Shown here: piece after piece, positions 57,237 to 64,000 of the stretch
Layout of the letters: every line of letters begins with the position of its first letter
How positions within the stretch are numbered: the first letter of the stretch is position 1
Origin: Candidatus Woesearchaeota archaeon
GTDB lineage: Archaea; Nanobdellota; Nanobdellia; Woesearchaeales; DSVV01
DNA: 64,000 nt
Reading direction: 5' to 3'
NCBI GenBank assembly: GCA_038884615.1
Contig: JAWABL010000003.1
Coordinates: forward strand, 9,038 to 73,037
Made by a program: the position numbers and the translations under genes
The notes under the pieces: generated by a model
Seen by the model: only the letters and a program-made list of their open reading frames with translations
Database searches by the model: none
What the model was told of the DNA's origin: nothing

Positions 57237-57311
57237 AGCGGGATAGGGCAGTCAGGAGTGCCCGATGGGCTCATAACCCATAGGTCGATGGTTCAAATCC
57301 ATCTCCCGCTA
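57237..57311 (+). tRNA. Initiator tRNA-Met(CAT)
   Basis: AGCGGGATAGGGCAGTCAGGAGTGCCCGATGGGCTCATAACCCATAGGTCGATGGTTCAAATCCATCTCCCGCTA; A1-U72 pair and three G-C pairs in the anticodon stem. Confidence 0.96.
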
Positions 57312-60300
57312 TTCAACAACATAAAAGACTATATCCTGAGTTGCTGTGTTTCCGTATTCGTCGTTACACCCAACAATATAAGTTTTCTTTCCCTTTGAAA
57401 GTCCTTTAAGATGCGACTCGAAAGTTGTGTTATCCATTTTCAGCATAGGCATCTTTTCAAGCGTAAGTCCTTGTGTATAACCACACATAATATTTTTACT
57501 CTGTGAAGTTTTCACAAAAAGTACAGTCTTTGTGCCTGATTCATCTCTAGGTCCATAGTCTATTATACGCAGGGGAGGAGATTTTTTAAAAACAAGAAGC
57601 GTACTTTGTGCATTGACATTATGCCTTGAAGGCCTGTCTTCTATGCAGTTTATAGGGAGGGTGGTTGCACTATAAGATCCGCTTATTCCTATATTGGTGC
57701 ACATGAACAAGTAGGAGTTATTAGTTTCAAGTTCTGCTATACACGCGTTTTCGTTGCAAATGGTCGCATTACAACGCCATCCTGATTCAAGGAGCAGAAT
57801 TGCTTTTATAGTTTCATTTGCGCCTATTGTAAGCACTGGTGTGTTTTTCGGCCATAGTTCAAGCACTTTATTGGAAAAATTCACGCCAAGGGGCAGAATA
57901 AGCTCCTCACTTGTGTTTATAAGAGTGATATTAAAGGTGAAAAAATCGAAATTTGGCTCTATAAGGTTAACCGAGACAGTGCATGCATAAAGCCCTGCAT
58001 CTAGGTCATTTACAGGGAGGCATTTTTCAAATGGAATTGTCGCATTTGCATAGTCAAGCGTACACACCATTGGCTCTTCCATATTAAGCTGAATCTTTAT
58101 GCTTGTGGCGTTCATCCTAAAAAGGATATCACTACTTAGCATATTGATTGACGCATTTATTATGTTTGCTTCTGCAATAGACAGGTATTTTGAAGGTTCT
58201 GTACCGACTATGGAGTTTATTTCTGAACTCTCCAGTTTAATCTCGCCTTTGATTGACTTTAATGGATTATCCATGCATCTCACATAAATTTTAGTTTCCT
58301 GCTTTGCATTTAGTCTTGCTGTGCACTCATAGCTTCCACCAAAATAGTAGCTCATTGTATAAGGCGAGGAAGGGCATATAAGCTGATGCTCCATCTCTTC
58401 AAAAGCTTTGTCCTCTGTACTGTATCTACAGACTGCATGTTCATCTGTATATACCCTAATGTTTAATTCATCTTGAGAGTTTGCAAGCAAACTTTGGTTT
58501 TCGGGAAGCGTACCAAGAATAATAGGCGCGAGTGTATCATTCAGCTCAGCATCAATGGAAAACTCAATGAAGAATTCTTCTATATTTTCATTCCCAGATT
58601 TATCAGTACAGGTAACAAATAAGTAAAGTCCGCCGTCATCAAGTTTTTTAAGAAGGGTGTTCACAAGCTCTTTGTAAAACGGCTTTTGAGCTGACAGCTC
58701 GTCAATAAAAGAGATGATTTGCCAAATGAATGGGTCTATAACTTTGGTTATATCTTTTCCTGTAACCATTTTATATGCGGCAATGGGTCCTGAAAACTTT
58801 ACTTTGTACTCAAGCAAAAATTCCTTTGGCTCTTCAAGAAGTCTTATAATTTCGCTTAGTTTGGTTATATTGAGCGCGTCAAATAGTTTTTGAGGTATTT
58901 CTGCCCTTGGCGGAACTCTAACCATGATTGTGTGTTTTTTTGAGTAGCCAAGATCACCGAAAAAAAAGTTTGGCATTTGAAACTTGAGCCTCGGAAGGTA
59001 GCTTAGCCTACAGATAGCATCCTCATCTGTTTCAAGTCCTATTGTGAAAACTTTGTGCGGTTTTAAGTCGGGTGTTATTTCATAGCCACCATATGTTTTG
59101 TCTGAGATTCGCAACTCTTTTTTAGTTGCTGAATACCCTTTAGTCAGCGAGTTGTAGTCAAGCCACACTTTCGGTGGAGTCTTGTCCTTTTTTGAGGGCA
59201 TGCAGTGTGGCACGCCTTGGTCCTCTGAATATATGCAGCCGGTACCAAGGCTTCTGCACTTATACTCTGTACAGGGCTTAAGCCGTTCGGCTTCACAAAG
59301 CTCACAGTCGGCGCTTCCTTCTGGAGGCAACCAAACACTACAAATCGCTACATCCATTATTCTTATCTGTGGGCGGGGTTTGAAAGGGTTAAGAAAATCC
59401 ATTATAGATAATGACGAAATCTCGTTTAGGTAGCTATATGCTGACGCGATAAGCATCGCAAAATTGTTTTGCGCTTCAACCACCCTGGTTGATTCTTGTG
59501 GCAACTGCGCTCTTTTGTCAGGGAGTCTTATAACATATTTATGGCCATTTTTTATTTCCCCATTTTTATGGAAGATGTAATCCCGCGGTGAATACCTTAT
59601 ATCTGTGTTAAAATATCCGTAATATGTGATTTTATCAGCAATGTTCCTATAATTTCCGCAATCACCTTGCATGTAGCAGTAAACCGCAGAGTCATCAATC
59701 CAAATGGCAGGGCACGAGAAGCTCGTTCCATAGCACTCCTTTATTTCTGTTGCCGCCGAACAAACTTCAAATCCGTTACCCTCCCAGAACCTAAACCCAG
59801 GAGGAACATAAGGAACACATTTTGATTTTGTAGTTAGCCATTCTTTCCAACTGCAGTCACGCCAGTCTGTATTTTCGCAGCATTCTTTTGTGTCACACTT
59901 ATAGCAGTCATGCCATCTGTTAGGTCTGCATGCAGACTTCGTAAGTCCAGCCCCCTCAGATTCAACACATATTTCTTCGCGAAAGTCCCTACACTCCTCT
60001 ACATATTCAACGCCGTCAATGCAATAATGCCTGTAATGCCTTGAACCGACATAGTCGTAGCCAAGCCCTGCTTTTGCATCATACACACACCAAGATTCGC
60101 CGCTCTGCTTAACTGGCCCTGAAAAAGATTTTTTTGTGTAATCATAGCTTCTACAACTTTTCTGTTCAACATTCTTTTTCTCTGGAAGTTTTGATGTTTG
60201 ACATGTACACTCAGGATTGTCTTCGTAAACACCACCCCTCATAATACAAATCTGACTTGGAGTACTCTTATAGCAGTTCCCATCATACTTATTCACACAA

Positions 60301-61094
60301 CAGCCATTATCATGCTTAACTTGCCTCAAATAACCTACCTGCATAACAGTGTTCTCTCCTTCGATTGCAAAATTAAAGTTTGTTCCTTCTTTGCGAATAA
60401 GATAGACTATATCAGGATAAGGCCTGTGCTTCTCAATCACTATATCCGGATGTGCTTTCATATACTCCACCTGGTCAAAATAGCCGTTAGTAAGTTCGGA
60501 GTTTACTATTTCAATGGCAAGGTCGTAAAGCTCGCCAATCGGGGAGCTAATCTCTGCGGAGAACTCAGAAGCAAAGAAAACTGCATCCCCTCTTTTTAAA
60601 GTAAGTGGATAGTTTACATCTATTATAACACGACCTTTTGATATTTTTGCAGTTACATTTATATCTCCCTTCTCAATATCAAATTTCTGCTTCTCAAAAA
60701 GGCCTAGGTCAATGCATTTCTGCAACTGCCTTTTAACCTCAAGCGCAAGTTCCGCCTCTATATCCTGCCTTGTAAGATAGGAGTTGGTCTTCTGCGCCTG
60801 CTGACTATAGGAAAGATAATTAAGCCTTGATTTATTATAGTACCTAAAAAAAACAGGATTATACACTCCGCCTGTTGCTCCAATGCGTTGCACTTGTTCT
60901 GGCGTAACTTGAACAATACATGACTCTATATATCTTTTAAGAGGGGAGATATCATCTTTTATGATATACTGCTCTAAAAGCTCATTTTCAACCTGCCCTT
61001 GTTGAACAGACCTTATAGAATATATTAACATTCCAGTGACAAGAAGCAAAGCCAATCCAAGAATTATAAACAGGCTTACCTGGCTATGCTTCAT
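57309..61094 (-). CDS. Giant Cys-rich surface protein with a class III-like signal peptide and C-terminal Ig-like repeats
   Basis: MKHS|QVSLFIILGL; IGATGG; Cys-rich core; repeats TDEDAICRL and TDEHAVCRY...YVRCMD. Confidence 0.75.
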   Translation of the reverse strand: MKHSQVSLFIILGLALLLVTGMLIYSIRSVQQGQVENELLEQYIIKDDISPLKRYIESCIVQVTPEQVQRIGATGGVYNPVFFRYYNKSRLNYLSYSQQAQKTNSYLTRQDIEAELALEVKRQLQKCIDLGLFEKQKFDIEKGDINVTAKISKGRVIIDVNYPLTLKRGDAVFFASEFSAEISSPIGELYDLAIEIVNSELTNGYFDQVEYMKAHPDIVIEKHRPYPDIVYLIRKEGTNFNFAIEGENTVMQVGYLRQVKHDNGCCVNKYDGNCYKSTPSQICIMRGGVYEDNPECTCQTSKLPEKKNVEQKSCRSYDYTKKSFSGPVKQSGESWCVYDAKAGLGYDYVGSRHYRHYCIDGVEYVEECRDFREEICVESEGAGLTKSACRPNRWHDCYKCDTKECCENTDWRDCSWKEWLTTKSKCVPYVPPGFRFWEGNGFEVCSAATEIKECYGTSFSCPAIWIDDSAVYCYMQGDCGNYRNIADKITYYGYFNTDIRYSPRDYIFHKNGEIKNGHKYVIRLPDKRAQLPQESTRVVEAQNNFAMLIASAYSYLNEISSLSIMDFLNPFKPRPQIRIMDVAICSVWLPPEGSADCELCEAERLKPCTEYKCRSLGTGCIYSEDQGVPHCMPSKKDKTPPKVWLDYNSLTKGYSATKKELRISDKTYGGYEITPDLKPHKVFTIGLETDEDAICRLSYLPRLKFQMPNFFFGDLGYSKKHTIMVRVPPRAEIPQKLFDALNITKLSEIIRLLEEPKEFLLEYKVKFSGPIAAYKMVTGKDITKVIDPFIWQIISFIDELSAQKPFYKELVNTLLKKLDDGGLYLFVTCTDKSGNENIEEFFIEFSIDAELNDTLAPIILGTLPENQSLLANSQDELNIRVYTDEHAVCRYSTEDKAFEEMEHQLICPSSPYTMSYYFGGSYECTARLNAKQETKIYVRCMDNPLKSIKGEIKLESSEINSIVGTEPSKYLSIAEANIINASINMLSSDILFRMNATSIKIQLNMEEPMVCTLDYANATIPFEKCLPVNDLDAGLYACTVSVNLIEPNFDFFTFNITLINTSEELILPLGVNFSNKVLELWPKNTPVLTIGANETIKAILLLESGWRCNATICNENACIAELETNNSYLFMCTNIGISGSYSATTLPINCIEDRPSRHNVNAQSTLLVFKKSPPLRIIDYGPRDESGTKTVLFVKTSQSKNIMCGYTQGLTLEKMPMLKMDNTTFESHLKGLSKGKKTYIVGCNDEYGNTATQDIVFYVVE

Positions 61095-61259
61095 TTCTAA
61101 CCTCTTTTTATTTTTCTTTTTATTTTAAGATATTCAAACATATATTTTTAATTTAGATTTAAATATTTAATTGAATATCTGCTTTTTCCCTACTTTCCTT
61201 GCTATGTTAAAATTTAAAAGCTAAACTGTGGATAATCAAGCTATCTACCAAAGACAATC

Positions 61260-61425
61260 GGCACCGTTCAAAATCTCGTTTTCGGTCGGCTTACCATCAT
61301 GTTGGCACTTTTCCGTTCAAATGAAAATATCTGGTTCTCCGTATGGAACAACTCAACTTCAAACCCATATATGGTTCCTGAATGTGCATACGCGGTAGAT
61401 GCTAACACACTTTTTGAACGGTGCC
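61260..61425. mobile_element. MITE copy 4 (166 bp, same orientation as copy 3)
   Basis: GGCACCGTTCAAAA/TTTTGAACGGTGCC; 11-bp TSD CAAAGACAATC. Confidence 0.93.
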
Positions 61426-61475
61426 CAAAGACAATCGAAAAATATAAATATGCTCTTGATGAGAAATTTTAAAGG

Positions 61476-61667
61476 ATGAACCTAAAAGACCCAAAAATAC
61501 TTGGATTTTTCATGGCAGTAACTATGGTTCTTGTTGTTTTTTTTGTATACTTGAGTGTTTCAAAGTATAGAAATGGGGCACTGCTATGGGGTCTTTTTAT
61601 TCCAATCGGCATAGTTCTGCTGTTAATATTTCTAATTGTAAAACTGAGGTTTAGATTCAATAGGTAA
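61476..61667 (+). CDS. Small two-TM membrane protein
   Basis: 63 aa with two hydrophobic helices; BRE/TATA-like CGAAAAATATAAATA about 25-30 nt upstream. Confidence 0.65.
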   Translation: MNLKDPKILGFFMAVTMVLVVFFVYLSVSKYRNGALLWGLFIPIGIVLLLIFLIVKLRFRFNR

Positions 61668-61847
61668 TATAACATCAAACATATATATAAACCACCTAAA
61701 TAAAAAAGATATCAGAAATAAATAAAACTATTGAGTATTAAAGATACAGGATATCAATAAGAATATAAGAATCAATACAAGAAATAAAGATAAATAAATA
61801 TAATAATACAAATAAATATAAAAAGCAGGTTCTGCCCCTTGTTGCTA

Positions 61848-63341
61848 ATGGATAAGCGGCTAGTCTATTGGATACTTGGTCTTTCTTTTGTGATAACATT
61901 TGGAATAAGGCTTTACTTTGCATTTCAGTCTGAATATTTCAACACTGATTTCGCTTATTTTACCTTAAGACAGGTGGAGCATATAAGAAACATCGGATTG
62001 CCTCTCTACGAAGATCCGCTGAGCTTTTCCGGTCGGAGTTATATCTTTCTGCCTCTGTTCCACTACACTCTTGCCTTTTTTAGCTTGTTTATGCCTGTGG
62101 CGCTTGTATGCAAGATAGTACCAAATATACTTGCCTCTGCGATAATATTCATAGTTTATATGGTAGTCTTAAATATGACAAAAAATGAAGAGAGTTCGGT
62201 TGTCGCCGCGATTTTAAGCGGGCTGGTTCCCATCTATTTTGTCCAGACCCTAAACAGCATATCTATTTATTCGCTGTCTATACCACTAACAATAATAGCC
62301 CTGCATTTTTTCAGCCAGATAAATATTAAAAAAAACCCACTGCGCTTCATAGTTGTTCTTTGCCTTCTTCTTCTTCTGCACCCAAGCATATATATAATGA
62401 TATTGGCGCTTGTTATTTATCTTATACTGCTTGCTGCTGAGAACATTGAAATTGGCAAGGGCGAAGTTGAGATAACACTCTTTAGCATTTTTGTAACATT
62501 TTGGTTTCACCTCCTGGTCTTCAAACAATATCTTGCACTGCATGGATACAGAGTAATTTGGCAGAACATACCTGAAGAGATTTTATCAGCCTACTTCTCA
62601 AAAGTTAGCCTACTTGAAATCATAGGAGATATTGGGTTTATAACCCTTGTAGGCTCTATGGTGGTTTTGCTTTTTTATATTTTTAGAAGAAAGAAAAAGG
62701 GAGTCTATCTATTTGCAGCGCTTGGTTTCTCTGCTTCACTACTCCTTTATTTTAATATCATTGAAGTAACGGTTGGGTTGATTTTTATCGGCATTTCCGC
62801 AAGCGTCTTATTCGGAGAATTCCTAGTGATATTCAAGGAGTATACTGAGAAAAGTATCATCTCAGGAATAAGGAAGCAGGTCTTCGCTATTTTGATAGTA
62901 CTTATAATTGCAACGAGCCTTGTTACGGCAGTAAACTATGCTAGCAAAGAGATTAGGAGAACAATAACAGACATGGAAGTTGTTGGGATGATTGCATTAA
63001 AATCCATGACAAACTCAACATCAATAGTTGCGTCTACTCCTGAGGATGGACATTATATAACATACTTTACAAATAGAAAAGTAGTTATGGACACTAACTT
63101 CCTTCTTATGGAGGATGCACCTCTGCGATTTAATGATATAGGGCTGCTCTTTAAGTCTGCTATTATTAGACCTGACATACTAGATAAGTACAATATTAAT
63201 TATATATACTTTTCACCAAATGCAAAAAAGCGTTATAACATAACAGGCATATTATACGCCGGTAGCTGCCTGCAAAAAAGATACGACAACGGCGCTGTTA
63301 TAATATATGAGAACAGATGCAAGAGAGAAAATGAGGATTGA
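61848..63341 (+). CDS. Multi-pass membrane protein, GT-C fold (PMT/STT3-like) glycosyltransferase candidate
   Basis: GIRLY...DFAYFTLRQV...DPLSFSGR; more than 10 TM helices; C-terminal GHYITYFTNRKVVMD...YNINYIY. Confidence 0.7.
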   Translation: MDKRLVYWILGLSFVITFGIRLYFAFQSEYFNTDFAYFTLRQVEHIRNIGLPLYEDPLSFSGRSYIFLPLFHYTLAFFSLFMPVALVCKIVPNILASAIIFIVYMVVLNMTKNEESSVVAAILSGLVPIYFVQTLNSISIYSLSIPLTIIALHFFSQINIKKNPLRFIVVLCLLLLLHPSIYIMILALVIYLILLAAENIEIGKGEVEITLFSIFVTFWFHLLVFKQYLALHGYRVIWQNIPEEILSAYFSKVSLLEIIGDIGFITLVGSMVVLLFYIFRRKKKGVYLFAALGFSASLLLYFNIIEVTVGLIFIGISASVLFGEFLVIFKEYTEKSIISGIRKQVFAILIVLIIATSLVTAVNYASKEIRRTITDMEVVGMIALKSMTNSTSIVASTPEDGHYITYFTNRKVVMDTNFLLMEDAPLRFNDIGLLFKSAIIRPDILDKYNINYIYFSPNAKKRYNITGILYAGSCLQKRYDNGAVIIYENRCKRENED

Positions 63342-64000
63342 AAAGATTTTGAACGAGAAGAGCGCATTATCTTATACAATTGCGCTTACAATTGTGGTTC
63401 TTATAATCCCTATACTCGTAAGAGTTTTCTTTTTTGACGGACTTGTTATAGGGGAGGAACCATACCACCATATTAGGATGGCTAAACTTGTGCTAAAAGG
63501 GGCTGAAAATGACCCCCTAAGCTTTCAAGGGAGGGAGTATATTTTTGATCCTTATGATTATATACTTGCGTTTTTTAGCATTATATTCACGATGCAGATT
63601 GCATCAATGCTCCTTCCGTTTATGTGCGGGATTGCGTCCACAATAATATTTTACTTTATTCTAAGGGACTTCAAGATTGATGGAACGATGAGGTTTTTAA
63701 TGATAGGCTTTTTTGTAACCACCCCAGTATTTATCTTCATTTACAGCTCACCAAATAGGCTTGGTTTTTTGCTTATGTTGGATATGCTTGGGTTCTATCT
63801 TTTCTCGCGCAAAGAGAAGATAGCTTTCATATTCGGAACATTGATTCTGTGTATAGTACCACTTTTTGGGCTATTCCACGCGTATATAAGCATACTTTTT
63901 ATATTATCGTATGCGATATACAGAAAGCAAACAAAAAAGTTTTTTTTATTCTTAATTCCTTTTTCTGCCGTCGCCCTTTTTTTTGGTATATCCTTTTACC
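63331..64000 (+). CDS. Paralogous GT-C-like membrane protein, partial, runs off the window end
   Basis: Not in the ORF track. Reads MRIEKILNEK...ILVR...EPYHHIRMA...DPLSFQGREYIF, matching the upstream gene's DPLSFSGRSYIF. Confidence 0.75.
   Translation, partial: MRIEKILNEKSALSYTIALTIVVLIIPILVRVFFFDGLVIGEEPYHHIRMAKLVLKGAENDPLSFQGREYIFDPYDYILAFFSIIFTMQIASMLLPFMCGIASTIIFYFILRDFKIDGTMRFLMIGFFVTTPVFIFIYSSPNRLGFLLMLDMLGFYLFSRKEKIAFIFGTLILCIVPLFGLFHAYISILFILSYAIYRKQTKKFFLFLIPFSAVALFFGISFY

Noticed and set aside
20570..61425. Dispersed repeats as a CRISPR array or one large composite transposon
   Set aside because: There is no repeat-spacer periodicity, and each copy has its own TSD, indicating independent insertions.
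57237..64000. tRNA-iMet as the attachment site of an integrated element
   Set aside because: No integrase and no duplicated tRNA 3' end were seen in the window.

Overview
This window is archaeal chromosomal DNA, probably from a DPANN lineage (Woesearchaeota-like). That assignment is an inference from rpoH-rpoB, gatD/gatE, rio1-KH-top6B-top6A, the A-type ATP synthase operon HIKECFAB-D, TATA/BRE promoters, and several large surface proteins with Q-x-[ST]-hydrophobic N-termini. It carries [NiFe]-hydrogenase maturation genes (hypCDE), a ferredoxin and a Mo/W-pterin cofactor cluster (MOSC, two moeA, moaB, moaC, moaA), headed by a ModE-like regulator that lacks a standard start codon. A beta-carbonic-anhydrase-like gene sits inside the ATP synthase operon, between atpB and atpD. 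An L,D-transpeptidase-family gene lies next to a giant secreted protein with a putative His/Cys protease domain. There are four tRNA genes. Three have introns, two of them at the non-canonical T-loop position 59/60, and tRNA-Ser has two introns, the longer with interleaved stems. Mobile DNA comprises four copies of a ~165-bp MITE with 9-11 bp target-site duplications, one of which disrupts a surface-protein pseudogene, and a decayed IS200/IS605 element. A glycosyltransferase cluster is also present. No CRISPR array or rRNA was seen. All functional calls come from motif recognition by eye; no searches were run.
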